From NCBI GenBank assembly GCA_963668625.2, contig CAXXKA010000008.1, positions 768,001 through 832,000 of the forward strand: a stretch of 64,000 bases of DNA, written 5' to 3'. The notes below the pieces were generated by a model, which worked only from the letters and a program-made list of their open reading frames with translations, did no database searches and was not told the origin of the DNA. Positions 1-9,545 of this stretch are shown here, in pieces. The position numbers were made by a program, and so were the translations under genes. Position 1 is the stretch's first letter, and every line of letters starts with the position of its first letter. The stretch comes from an uncultured candidate division Zixibacteria bacterium. GTDB lineage: Bacteria; Zixibacteria; MSB-5A5; UBA10806; 4484-95.

Positions 1-261
1 ACGGCTATGCCGGCGCAGTTGCCGTTTTTCGTAGCCGCTTGCGACTATACCTTAATAGGCGAGGAGCTATTCGCCGCCTCGGCCTATCTATCTGGTGAGC
101 CTCGTCAATTAGGCAGTCTTAAAGGCCAGGATGTTGGCAAGGTTATCGCCATGATAGCTATTATTATTGGGGTACTGGCTGCAACTTTGCATTCGGCTAC
201 CGGGCTGGAGTTTTTCGGTGATTTTCATCAAATTGTGAAAGATTTGTTTACCACCAACTGA
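1..261 (+). CDS. Module 1 subunit A, DUF6754-like membrane protein (3' part only, starts upstream of window)
   Basis: Frame open from base 1; QLPFFVAACDYTLIGEELFAASAYLS...QLGSLKGQD is nearly identical to the C-termini of 3401-4657 and 6857-8044. Confidence 0.85.
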   Translation, partial: TAMPAQLPFFVAACDYTLIGEELFAASAYLSGEPRQLGSLKGQDVGKVIAMIAIIIGVLAATLHSATGLEFFGDFHQIVKDLFTTN

Positions 262-271
262 TGGATAGGAT

Positions 272-1033
272 ATGGTAGGGATAATAATCACAGCGATAGT
301 AGTAGCGATTCTGATGGCCACCATAATCATAGCGGCGACGAAAGCCAGTGTTCGCCGCCAGGTACCTCTTCTGATTACAGCCATTGTCGGTACGGTACTG
401 GTGGTATCGGTATTTATCCCGCATGATCCTTTCGGCAGGCTGGGTGAGGACTTTTCGGTATTTTTCGATATTATCGCCGTATTCGCATTCATTTTAGGCG
501 GCGGTAACCTGATACGCGTTCATGGCGACCGTATCTATCGTTTGAAAAAAGACTGGATATTCTCGATCGTTACTGTCGCCGGCTTTTTGGTTACGCTCAT
601 AGCCGGCGCTTTAAAAATCGGCAACCCGGATGGTATCCGTGGGGATGTGGCCGCGCCCGGTTCGCTTTTCACGTTGATTTACGATAATATTTTCACGCCG
701 CTTCAAGCCACGATGTTCTCCATCCTGGCGTTTTTCGTAGCCTCGGCCTCGTACAGGGCTTTCCGCGCGAAAAATAAGGAAGCTACTATCCTTCTGATTA
801 CGGCTTTTATCATTCTTCTGGGTAGAACACCGGTCGGGGATTATATCACGTTCTGGTTGCCCTCCTGGTTGAGTTTCTTCCATGTGCCGAATCTGGCCAA
901 CTGGATCATGGCTATACCTAATCTTGCGGGTCAACGAGCTATTATGATAGGAATTTCACTTGGCGTCGTCTCGATGTCGCTTCGCGTTATTCTGGGTATC
1001 GAGCGTGGTTATATCGGTTCGGAGGGCGAATAA
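272..1033 (+). CDS. Module 1 subunit B, polytopic membrane protein (extra N-terminal TM helix)
   Basis: Hydrophobic; shares R(Q/E)(V/I)P, ATxFSxLAFFxASAxYRAFR and ILG(I/V)ER motifs with 4674-5291 and 8059-8703. Confidence 0.85.
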   Translation: MVGIIITAIVVAILMATIIIAATKASVRRQVPLLITAIVGTVLVVSVFIPHDPFGRLGEDFSVFFDIIAVFAFILGGGNLIRVHGDRIYRLKKDWIFSIVTVAGFLVTLIAGALKIGNPDGIRGDVAAPGSLFTLIYDNIFTPLQATMFSILAFFVASASYRAFRAKNKEATILLITAFIILLGRTPVGDYITFWLPSWLSFFHVPNLANWIMAIPNLAGQRAIMIGISLGVVSMSLRVILGIERGYIGSEGE

Positions 1034-1034
1034 A

Positions 1035-1634
1035 GTGAAAGCGGTTATCCTGACAGTTATAACGCTTATGCTAAGCCTCAGCGCATATGGCGCCGATTTT
1101 TCGGATTACCGGCGCATAGCGATAGCCGCACCGCTTATCAATCAGATATTTACAAATCCCGAGATATCAGAAGCCGAAGATTTACAGCTTCAACCGGAAA
1201 CACAAATCATGTTGTACGAGGAGCTGGCGGGACGGTTCTGCGATGCGTTGGCCGGTCATTATGATGATGAAATCGAGTTTATCTGTTTTAACGATATTAA
1301 AGGCAAGCTCGATAACGATAGTTGGAATGAGTTCAATAAATCTTTCACCGGGCAAAATGATGTCACCCCGGAGACGGCCACGAAGTTTGCCGGGCAACTT
1401 CAGGCAGACGGCGTACTGAGCACGTACCTGATGTTCAGCTATTATGAAAGCGATGACAGGAAAAGAAATTTAGAACTTCATTTCGAATGGTACCTGGTTG
1501 AATTAGAGAGCGGCAAGGTTACACTTTCCGATCAATTCGATTGCAAGGATGATTTTGGTATTGATGAGGTATCCGAAAAAGAGGTGAAGTGTTTCAATAA
1601 GGTAGTCAAAAGTTTGGCGGATTCAGGACAATAA
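1035..1634 (+). CDS. Secreted protein, possible CsgG/LpoB/TolB-N-like alpha/beta fold, present only in module 1
   Basis: In-frame GTG at 1035 after GGAGGG; signal peptide VKAVILTVITLMLSLSAYG; RRIAIA...FAGQLQADGVL...YLVELESGKV pattern. Confidence 0.65.
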   Translation: MKAVILTVITLMLSLSAYGADFSDYRRIAIAAPLINQIFTNPEISEAEDLQLQPETQIMLYEELAGRFCDALAGHYDDEIEFICFNDIKGKLDNDSWNEFNKSFTGQNDVTPETATKFAGQLQADGVLSTYLMFSYYESDDRKRNLELHFEWYLVELESGKVTLSDQFDCKDDFGIDEVSEKEVKCFNKVVKSLADSGQ

Positions 1635-1637
1635 ATT

Positions 1638-2516
1638 ATGGCTGGTACTTTTTTCGACAAGATCAAGAATATCGACCGGCGGATCATATTCACGTTTATC
1701 TCACTTTCGGTGATAATTCCGCTTCTGTTGAATATCCGTTTCGCCGAGAAAGGCAGCCCGATTGTCACCAGTATATTCGACAAGGTGGAATCGCTGCCGG
1801 CCGGTTCGAGAGTGCTTATCTCGATGGACTACGGGCCATCTACGGTACCAGAAATTCAGCCGATGGTGAACGCTATCGTCCGTCACTGCAACGAACGCGA
1901 CCTGAAAATTTACTACATGTGTCTCTGGGCTACCGGGCAAAACCTAACTACGTTAACGGTCGATTCGGTTCAGGTAACCGAATTCCCCGATAAAGTTTAC
2001 GGTGTAGACTACGTGAATTTAGGCTATAAAGCGGGTAACGAGGGGCTTATCAATGTCCTGCTGACTGATATGAAGAAGATGTATACTACGGATGTTTCGG
2101 GCACGCACGTGGATGATATCGAGGCTATGCGGGCGATTAAAAACCTCACCAGTTTCGATCTCATATTCGGGCTCGGCGGTGGTACTCCGGGAATCAAGGA
2201 GTGGATACTGTTCGCCGGTGATCCGGGGCGTATTCCGGTAGCCGGTGGTTCGACCGCGGTTCAGGCGCCGCTTCTGTACCCCTACTGGCCCAATCAGCTT
2301 CTGGGCTTGATGGGCGGCATAAAAGGCGCTGCCGAATACGAGTCTCTTCTGAGAAACAACTACCCGAAATACAAGCAAATGAGCAGTCCGGCTTTACAGA
2401 TGATGGGGCCGCAAGCTATCGCGCATATCGTGATTATGCTTTTTATCATTATCGGCAATATCACTTTCTTCATCGAAAAGTCTCGTGATGCCAAACGCAA
2501 AGCGGGGGTGAGTTGA
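1638..2516 (+). CDS. Module 1 subunit C, two-TM protein with predicted extracytoplasmic alpha/beta domain
   Basis: IDRR-TM start, DY(G/D)P, YG.DY..LGY, GxKGAAEYE, QxIAH-TM; paralogue of 5305-6144 and 8703-9545. Confidence 0.85.
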   Translation: MAGTFFDKIKNIDRRIIFTFISLSVIIPLLLNIRFAEKGSPIVTSIFDKVESLPAGSRVLISMDYGPSTVPEIQPMVNAIVRHCNERDLKIYYMCLWATGQNLTTLTVDSVQVTEFPDKVYGVDYVNLGYKAGNEGLINVLLTDMKKMYTTDVSGTHVDDIEAMRAIKNLTSFDLIFGLGGGTPGIKEWILFAGDPGRIPVAGGSTAVQAPLLYPYWPNQLLGLMGGIKGAAEYESLLRNNYPKYKQMSSPALQMMGPQAIAHIVIMLFIIIGNITFFIEKSRDAKRKAGVS

Positions 2517-2517
2517 T

Positions 2518-3201
2518 ATGAGTATATCACCTGATATCTGGACCTGGTTCGGAGCTTTTCTGACCATATCGATTCTCTCGTTTCTGTATAAAGATAACGC
2601 TTTTTATAAATTCGCCGAACACCTTTTCGTCGGTGTTTCGGCTGCATACTGGATGGTGATCGGTATATGGGGAACGCTTTTCCCTAACCTTATCGCCAAG
2701 ATACATCCCGGGGCAGTCAGGTTCGTTCTGCCCTCGTTGGCCGATAGGGAACCCGAGTACTGGTATATCATCCCGGCAGTTTTTGGCCTTCTGATGCTAA
2801 TGCGTCTTTCGAGCAAACTGGGCTGGATGTCACGTTGGCCGCTGGCTTTTATCGTGGGAACCACCGCCGGTCTGAACTTGATCAGGTATCTTCGTTCAGA
2901 TTTTATCGGGCAGGTTCAGAATACGATGATACCCTTGATCGCTTTCAAGGATGGCTCGTTCAGTTTCCTCGATAGTTTCTCGAATATCGTGATTTTCGTT
3001 GGCGTATTTTGCGGATTAATTTATTTCTTCTTTTCCAAAGAGCATAAAGGTGGTTTCGGAGTCGCCAGCCGGATAGGTGTCTGGATACTCATGATAACAT
3101 TCGGCGCAGGTTTCGGTTATACCGTTATGGCCAGAATTTCTTTATTGGTTGGGCGGATGCAATTTTTACTGGGGGATTGGCTGGGAATGATTAATCGGTG
3201 A
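2518..3201 (+). CDS. Module 1 subunit D, polytopic membrane protein
   Basis: SFLYKDNxFYKFAE and FGAGFGYTVMxRISLL motifs; paralogue of 6144-6797 and 9546-10238. Confidence 0.85.
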   Translation: MSISPDIWTWFGAFLTISILSFLYKDNAFYKFAEHLFVGVSAAYWMVIGIWGTLFPNLIAKIHPGAVRFVLPSLADREPEYWYIIPAVFGLLMLMRLSSKLGWMSRWPLAFIVGTTAGLNLIRYLRSDFIGQVQNTMIPLIAFKDGSFSFLDSFSNIVIFVGVFCGLIYFFFSKEHKGGFGVASRIGVWILMITFGAGFGYTVMARISLLVGRMQFLLGDWLGMINR

Positions 3202-3400
3202 GCAATGTAGTTGTGAAAAAAAACATTAACGCTAACAACATTAAGATACCCAAAAGGTTAGCTTATTACTTTTACCATCAATTAACCGCCATAAATTTAT
3301 TTAAACTGGAAGTATGAAGCTTTAGATAAGTAAGTATGATGAGTGTAAAAATTATCATATGATATTAGTAAAAATAAATAAAAATAAACGGAGGTAGCGT
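3202..3400 (+). promoter_or_regulatory. AT-rich intergenic spacer, probable promoter region of module 2
   Basis: Sharp AT enrichment; strong SD GGAGGT just before ATG 3401; exact -35/-10 not assignable. Confidence 0.45.
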
Positions 3401-4657
3401 ATGAGAAAAATTAATGGGTTATTCGTAACCTTAATTTTCTTAATGTCATTGGGAGGAATAGCGCTCGCCCAGGGTGATATACCCGTTGAGGGTGAGATGG
3501 CCGTGGAAGCTGCGGATGCGCAAAGTCCACCGGCCCCTCAACCGCCAACCAATGTGATCATTACGGACAGACCGAATGATGCCGGCCATGGGTTGATGAT
3601 TGTATGGGACCTTTCGCCCGATGACGGCGCCGGAATGAATAGCGTACAAATGTACGAAATATTCCGTGCCGGTTCCCCTGACGGCGAATTCATATCCCGC
3701 GGCATTATTCCCGCCGGCGATAATGAGTTCGAGGATCAGGATGACCAGGAGAGCGGCGGCAGGGGGCCAAATCCCAATTATATGCCGTCTAACAGTACCT
3801 GGTATTACAAAATAACGGCGGTTTCAGAGGATGGTATTCACTCCGAGGGAACCCCGGTCGTTTCCGGTACTACCAAAGCTAACATTTTCCACTGGGGCAA
3901 ATTGCCGATATTGTTCGGCGTATTGATATTCGGTGGATTCTTGCTGGCTTTTATCTCTCAGGCCAAAAGTGGTAAAGAATTGTATGTCCGACCCTTATCC
4001 GGTATCAATGCCGTTGATGACGCTATCGGTCGTGCCACCGAGATGGGCAAACCGATCCTGTTTATTTTAGGATTGGGAACCGCCGGCGATATCGCGACTA
4101 TCGCGGGATTTACGATCCTGGCACGCGTGGCCAGGAGAACCGCCGAATACCAGACCAAGGTGCTGGTACCGGTGCAGGATCCTGTCGTGCTGGCCGTTGC
4201 CCAGGAAACCGTGAGAACGGCTTATCTGGAGGCCGGTCGTCCCGATCAGTACAATCCCGATAACGTATTTTACGTGACTGCTTTGCAGTTCCCATATGTA
4301 GCCGCGGTAAACGGTATCATGCTTCGTGAAAAACCGGCCACCAATTTCTATTGTGGCAAGTTTTACGCCGAATCGCTGATTCTGGCGGAGACCGGCAATA
4401 TCGCCGGTTCGATTCAGATATCCGGTACCGACGAGATCGGCCAGTTGCCGTTTTTCGTAGCGGCCACCGACTATACTTTGATCGGTGAGGAGCTTTACGC
4501 CGCCTCGGCATACCTGTCGCAGGAGCCGGTTCAGCTCGGCACATTGAAAGCCCAGGACTATACTAAGGCCGTGGTTATGGTCATAATTCTGATCGGCACG
4601 ATTTTGATAACCGCCGGAGCGACTTTCTTTTTAAATATGGTAACTGTAAACCTGTAA
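3401..4657 (+). CDS. Module 2 subunit A: signal peptide + FN3-like domain + TM + DUF6754-like domain + TM
   Basis: DRPNDAG..L.I.W...YEIFR...WYYKITAV FN3 pattern; RPLSGINAVDDAIGRATEMGKP, YAESLILAETG, GEELYAASAYL. Confidence 0.85.
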   Translation: MRKINGLFVTLIFLMSLGGIALAQGDIPVEGEMAVEAADAQSPPAPQPPTNVIITDRPNDAGHGLMIVWDLSPDDGAGMNSVQMYEIFRAGSPDGEFISRGIIPAGDNEFEDQDDQESGGRGPNPNYMPSNSTWYYKITAVSEDGIHSEGTPVVSGTTKANIFHWGKLPILFGVLIFGGFLLAFISQAKSGKELYVRPLSGINAVDDAIGRATEMGKPILFILGLGTAGDIATIAGFTILARVARRTAEYQTKVLVPVQDPVVLAVAQETVRTAYLEAGRPDQYNPDNVFYVTALQFPYVAAVNGIMLREKPATNFYCGKFYAESLILAETGNIAGSIQISGTDEIGQLPFFVAATDYTLIGEELYAASAYLSQEPVQLGTLKAQDYTKAVVMVIILIGTILITAGATFFLNMVTVNL

Positions 4658-4673
4658 CCCGGAGATTGTATTA

Positions 4674-5291
4674 ATGAAAAGAGAAATTCCAATTCTGATC
4701 GTCGGGATTACCGGTTTTGCTATGCTTATCCAGTATTTCATCCCGACCGATTGGTCACAAACTATTTTCACCTATTCCCAGGACTGGATTATCGTGATCG
4801 GTATTATCTCGATGCCCCTGGGCATTTGGAGTTTGGTGAAAGCTAATGTCTTGAAACTTAAAGTGCCCGGTGAGAGATTCTATTCGGCAGTTTTGCTGGC
4901 TGGTTTTCTTATCATGGTATTAACCTGTCTCAAGGACGAGAATCGTGTCATGGGCAGTTTCCATATGGATCTGTTCAGTTACGTTCTCGTGCCGATTCAG
5001 GCTACTATCTTCTCGCTGCTGGCGTTTTTTATCGCCTCGGCTGCTTACAGGGCATTCAGGGCGAGATCGGTTTTGGCCACGGTGTTGCTTGTAACGGCAT
5101 TTATCATAATGCTGCGCTTTATCCCCCTCGGCCCGATATCGACTCTCAACCTTACTGCCGTATCCTGGATACTTCAGGTGCCGAATATGGCGGCTAACCG
5201 TGCTATTATGATGGGAATTGGCCTGGGCGCTACAGCGACGGCCATGAAGATAATTTTGGGCGTTGAACGAACCTATATGGGTCATGATTGA
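4674..5291 (+). CDS. Module 2 subunit B, polytopic membrane protein
   Basis: MKREIP, ATIFSLLAFFIASAAYRAFR, IILGVER. Confidence 0.85.
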   Translation: MKREIPILIVGITGFAMLIQYFIPTDWSQTIFTYSQDWIIVIGIISMPLGIWSLVKANVLKLKVPGERFYSAVLLAGFLIMVLTCLKDENRVMGSFHMDLFSYVLVPIQATIFSLLAFFIASAAYRAFRARSVLATVLLVTAFIIMLRFIPLGPISTLNLTAVSWILQVPNMAANRAIMMGIGLGATATAMKIILGVERTYMGHD

Positions 5292-5304
5292 GAGGCGGTA
5301 AGAT

Positions 5305-6144
5305 ATGGATTTTATGCAAAAAATGATGTCGATCGACCGCCGTTGGGTATATCTGGCTATAGGATTAGCGGTAATTATCCCCGCTATCTGGTCGTTCGAT
5401 GTTCCGGTAGCTGTTTCGCCCGAGGTTAAAAGGATTTACGATTTCGTGGAAAATATGGAAGCCGGTGAGCATCTGTTTATCTGCGTCGATTACGATCCCT
5501 CCTCGATGGCCGAGCTAAACCCGATGGCTGTTGCTATCGTCAACCAGGCTTTCGAGAAAGATATCAAGATTATCTTCGTTACCCTTTCGCAGTTCGGTCC
5601 CGGACTGGTCGAGCAGATCACCTCGGGGCTGGCCGCCGATCACGGTAAGGTAAACGGGGAGGATTACGCTTTTCTGGGATATCGTCCCTACCCGGCTATC
5701 GTTATTCTGGCGATGGGCGTGGATTTCCGCGTACCGTTCCCTCAGGATTATTACGGTACACCGCTGGATTCGCTGCCGGTTCTGGAAGGTATCAAGAATT
5801 TCGATGACTGCAAAGGCGTGATCGAGATTACCTCCGGTAATACCGCCGAGTTCTGGTTGATCTACGGCAACGGCCGCTATGGTTTCCCACTGGCTATCGG
5901 TATCACCGGCGTTATGTCCGCCAACTACTATCAGTACCTCTCCTCGGGTCAGCTTTTCGGAATCATTCCCGGTGTCAAAGGCGCCGCCGAGTACGAGGAA
6001 TTAGTAGGTTATCCCGGCGAGGGTAAAGCCCAGATGGCCTATCAGGTGATTGCTCACGGGGTGATTATCTTGTTTATAATCATTTCGAATATTGCCTTTT
6101 TCACTACGAAAAAACGTAGAGGCGGAATAGAAGGAGGTCGCTGA
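5305..6144 (+). CDS. Module 2 subunit C
   Basis: IDRRW-TM, DYDP, GVKGAAEYE, QVIAH-TM, basic tail. Confidence 0.85.
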   Translation: MDFMQKMMSIDRRWVYLAIGLAVIIPAIWSFDVPVAVSPEVKRIYDFVENMEAGEHLFICVDYDPSSMAELNPMAVAIVNQAFEKDIKIIFVTLSQFGPGLVEQITSGLAADHGKVNGEDYAFLGYRPYPAIVILAMGVDFRVPFPQDYYGTPLDSLPVLEGIKNFDDCKGVIEITSGNTAEFWLIYGNGRYGFPLAIGITGVMSANYYQYLSSGQLFGIIPGVKGAAEYEELVGYPGEGKAQMAYQVIAHGVIILFIIISNIAFFTTKKRRGGIEGGR

Positions 6145-6797
6145 TGGTACCGGAAAATATGACAACTTATGAGTTGATTTTCAACGGAATTGCGGTTTTC
6201 CTTACACTCTGCATTTTCAGTTTCCTGTACAAGGATAACCCGTTTTACAAGTTCGCCGAACGTCTGGTGGCGGGTGTGGCGACCGGCTATTTTACCATGT
6301 TGTTGTTCTGGACGAATTTCATGGATAAAGTGGTCGAGCCGATTTTCTACAATGGCCAATACCTGTATATCTTACCGGCCCTTCTCGGAGTTTTGATGTG
6401 GACGCGTTTCTCACAGAAATGGACATGGGTGTCGCGTTACTCGATAGCTATCTATATCGGTGTCGGTTCTGGTGTATCGGTTACTATTTACCTTTACACT
6501 TACCTGTTCAAACAGCTTCAGGCCACTATCGCTTACCCGATAGGATTCGATCTGGCCGGTGTCAACCAGCTACTGGTCGTTATCTGCGTACTGGCATCGC
6601 TGGTTTATTTCTTCTTCTCCACTCCGCATAAAGGCGTGGTGGGCGCTGTTTCCCGGATAGGTATCTATGTTATCATGATCGGTTTCGGCGCAGGTTTCGG
6701 CCTGACCGTAATGGGTCGTGTAGCTCTTTTGGTCAACAGGGTGATATTCCTGAAAAGTTACCTCTTAGGAGTATCCAATTTCTTTTTTGGCGGCTAG
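6144..6797 (+). CDS. Module 2 subunit D
   Basis: TGATG overlap with subunit C; SFLYKDNPFYKFAE, FGAGFGLTVMGR. Confidence 0.85.
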   Translation: MVPENMTTYELIFNGIAVFLTLCIFSFLYKDNPFYKFAERLVAGVATGYFTMLLFWTNFMDKVVEPIFYNGQYLYILPALLGVLMWTRFSQKWTWVSRYSIAIYIGVGSGVSVTIYLYTYLFKQLQATIAYPIGFDLAGVNQLLVVICVLASLVYFFFSTPHKGVVGAVSRIGIYVIMIGFGAGFGLTVMGRVALLVNRVIFLKSYLLGVSNFFFGG

Positions 6798-6811
6798 GTA
6801 TTTAAATAGAT

Positions 6812-6842
6812 GGTGGGTCGATTCGTTCGACCCGCCTTTTTC
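6812..6842 (+). terminator. Rho-independent terminator between modules 2 and 3
   Basis: GGTGGGTCGA-ttcgt-TCGACCCGCC followed by T run. Confidence 0.7.
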
Positions 6843-6856
6843 CCAGGGGGATATTC

Positions 6857-8044
6857 ATGCGCGGGTGTAGAGTCCCGTTCCTCACGATTTTCACTCTGTT
6901 GACGCTGGTAACGCTGGTAACGCTGGTTTCGGCACAGGCCGATATGGATACGCTTACAGCGCCGGCTTTACCGCAGGTTGAAAATATCAAAGTATATGAT
7001 AAGCCCAACGATCCCGGCCGGACACTGGTGATCGAATGGGATATTCCGCTTTCTTATGATAAGACAACTGTCGCCATTGATGGTTTTAAGATTTATAATG
7101 CTGAAAGTCCGGAGGGGCCGTTCGAGCTTCTGGCTACACTGGCCGCCGGATCGAATCGATACGAATGTTCCGGCCTTACCGATGGCCACGATTATTTTTT
7201 CAATATCACTAGTTTTTCCAATTCTCACGAATCCGAGATAGCAACAGCCGGACCGGCCTCACCCAGCGGTCAATGGTTTAATACCGATCGTGTCCCGATC
7301 ATGCTTATGGTGATACTCTTTTCAGCTACAGCAATCGCTTTCATCACAAAAGCCAGGATGGGTTATAGCTTTTACGTGCGACCTATCGCGGGGATCAGGG
7401 CGGTTGATGACGCTATCGGCCGGGCCACCGAGATGGGACGACCGATACTGTACGTGCCGGGTCTGGGCACTGCCGCCGATGTCGCTACGATCGCGGCTTT
7501 CACCATACTCGGGCGAGTTGCCCGAAAGGTGGTCGAGTATAACACCCGGGTGATCGTACCCAATTACGATCCCGTGGTGATGGCCGTTTGCCAGGAGGTC
7601 GTAAAGGAGGCTTACTCCTCGGCCGGAAAACCGGAGCTGTACGACCCGAAAGATATTTACTTTATCACCCAGGATCAATTCCCCTATACGGCGGCTGTCA
7701 ACGGGGTAATGCTTCGCGAACGACCGGCGACTAATTTCTATATGGGGATGTTCTATGCCGAATCACTGGTACTGGCCGAAACCGGTTTCGTCTCCGGTTC
7801 GATACAGATCGCCGGAACCGATCAACTCGTGCAGATACCGTTTTTCGTGTCAGTTTGCGATTTCGTACTGATGGGCGAGGAGCTTTACGCCGCCAGCGCT
7901 TACCTTTCCAAAGAGCCTCAGCAGCTCGGTACTTTAAAAGCCCAGGACTGGGGCAAGGTTCTGGTTGTTTTGCTTATGATTTTAGGTGTAATATTCTCAA
8001 CGATTGGCTGGGAGGCATTCGCCGCCTGGTTCGATGTTGGTTAA
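6857..8044 (+). CDS. Module 3 subunit A: signal peptide + FN3-like + TM + DUF6754-like + TM
   Basis: DKPNDPG..LVIEW; RPIAGIRAVDDAIGRATEMGRP; GEELYAASAYL. Confidence 0.85.
   Translation: MRGCRVPFLTIFTLLTLVTLVTLVSAQADMDTLTAPALPQVENIKVYDKPNDPGRTLVIEWDIPLSYDKTTVAIDGFKIYNAESPEGPFELLATLAAGSNRYECSGLTDGHDYFFNITSFSNSHESEIATAGPASPSGQWFNTDRVPIMLMVILFSATAIAFITKARMGYSFYVRPIAGIRAVDDAIGRATEMGRPILYVPGLGTAADVATIAAFTILGRVARKVVEYNTRVIVPNYDPVVMAVCQEVVKEAYSSAGKPELYDPKDIYFITQDQFPYTAAVNGVMLRERPATNFYMGMFYAESLVLAETGFVSGSIQIAGTDQLVQIPFFVSVCDFVLMGEELYAASAYLSKEPQQLGTLKAQDWGKVLVVLLMILGVIFSTIGWEAFAAWFDVG
6902..6928 (+). repeat. In-frame 9-bp tandem repeat x3 (TLV-TLV-TLV) in signal peptide
   Basis: ACGCTGGTA ACGCTGGTA ACGCTGGTT. 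Confidence 0.7.
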
Positions 8045-8058
8045 GATGAGAGTTTGCG

Positions 8059-8703
8059 ATGCGTAGAGAGGTTCCGCTTCTTATAGTATTCCTATTCGGG
8101 ATATTCATGATCGTGCAGTATTTTATTCCCCATCGCTATATGGCGAATATTTATCAGGAGTTCAACAACTGGACTATCATTATAGGCATATTCACGATGA
8201 TCGTGGGCATCGGTTCGCTTACCACGGTTCATTACAGTCGGATAAAGTTCAGGAAAGAAGGCTGGTGGTATTCGGTGGTTACCATAATATCGCTTTTCGG
8301 GATGGCCGGAATCGGTATTTTCGGAGGAACCGAGAATGATCTTTTCCTCAACCTGTATCGTTATGGGCTTTCGCCCGTTACCGCTACCATGTTTTCTCTT
8401 CTGGCGTTTTTTATCGCCTCGGCGGCTTATCGGGCGTTCCGCGTGCGTAACATTATCGCCACCCTGCTTTTGTTGGCGGCGGTTATCGTAATGCTGGGGC
8501 GGGTGCCCGTAGGTGAAATAATCACGAGTTGGCTGCCCGAGTGGTCGCGGTTACCCAGCCTCGCTAATTTTCTTCTGACCGTACCGAATGTTGCCGCCAA
8601 GCGCGCCATATATATCGGAGTCGGTTTGGGCGTGGCGGCCGTTTCATTGAAAATCATTTTAGGTATCGAGCGCACCTGGCTCGGTGGGGATGGCGGTAAG
8701 TGA
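8059..8703 (+). CDS. Module 3 subunit B
   Basis: MRREVP, ATMFSLLAFFIASAAYRAFR, IILGIER. Confidence 0.85.
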   Translation: MRREVPLLIVFLFGIFMIVQYFIPHRYMANIYQEFNNWTIIIGIFTMIVGIGSLTTVHYSRIKFRKEGWWYSVVTIISLFGMAGIGIFGGTENDLFLNLYRYGLSPVTATMFSLLAFFIASAAYRAFRVRNIIATLLLLAAVIVMLGRVPVGEIITSWLPEWSRLPSLANFLLTVPNVAAKRAIYIGVGLGVAAVSLKIILGIERTWLGGDGGK

Positions 8704-9545
8704 TGGCCGAGAACACGAAAACATTCTGGGAAAAGATGCTACAGATCGATCGACGCTGGATATACCTGGCGATGGGCATCGCCGTATTCGTACCGCTCAT
8801 GTTCACTATGGGATTACCGGTTTATGTTACCGAGGAGGTCGAGTCGGTTTACGATTATGTCGAAAATTTGCCGCCCGGTACTGTCGTGATGATTCCCTGC
8901 GAGTACGATCCGGCCACGATGGCGGAGCTAAGACCGATGGCTCATGCTATATTCCGTCACTGTTTCTCGCGTGATCTTAAAATAGTCTCCACCTCCCTGC
9001 AAATCGAGGGTGTTACCCTGGTGAAAGAGGATCTGGCCTTGATTGCCTCTGAATATGACAAGAATTATGGCGAGGATTACGTATTCTTGGGCTACAAGCC
9101 TTACCCGGCTATCGTGATATTGAATATGGGGGAGAATTTCAGAAAACCGTTCCCCAAAGATTATTACGGTACCGAACTCGATGAATTGCCCATGATGAAG
9201 GGCGTGATGAATTATTCGAGCTGTGCCTGTATAATAAATATCAACGCCACCTCGGGGGCCGATTACTGGATTAACTATGCCAACGGGCGTTACAAGGCGC
9301 CGCTGGCGTTGGGAGTGACCGCAGTCATGGCTACGGACTACTACACGTTTTTATCCTCGGGACAGATATTCGGTTTGATGGGCGGTTTGAAAGGCGCCGC
9401 CGAATACGAGAAGCTGATCGGTAAAAGCGCCAGGGCTACAAAGGCTATGGATGTTCAATCGATAGCGCATTCTGTGATCGTGGTATTTATCATACTGGGT
9501 AATATCGCGTTTTTCGCCTCTCGCAAAAAACGGAGGGGGATGTAG
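8703..9545 (+). CDS. Module 3 subunit C
   Basis: TGATG overlap; IDRRW-TM, EYDP, GLKGAAEYE, QSIAH-TM. Confidence 0.85.
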   Translation: MAENTKTFWEKMLQIDRRWIYLAMGIAVFVPLMFTMGLPVYVTEEVESVYDYVENLPPGTVVMIPCEYDPATMAELRPMAHAIFRHCFSRDLKIVSTSLQIEGVTLVKEDLALIASEYDKNYGEDYVFLGYKPYPAIVILNMGENFRKPFPKDYYGTELDELPMMKGVMNYSSCACIININATSGADYWINYANGRYKAPLALGVTAVMATDYYTFLSSGQIFGLMGGLKGAAEYEKLIGKSARATKAMDVQSIAHSVIVVFIILGNIAFFASRKKRRGM

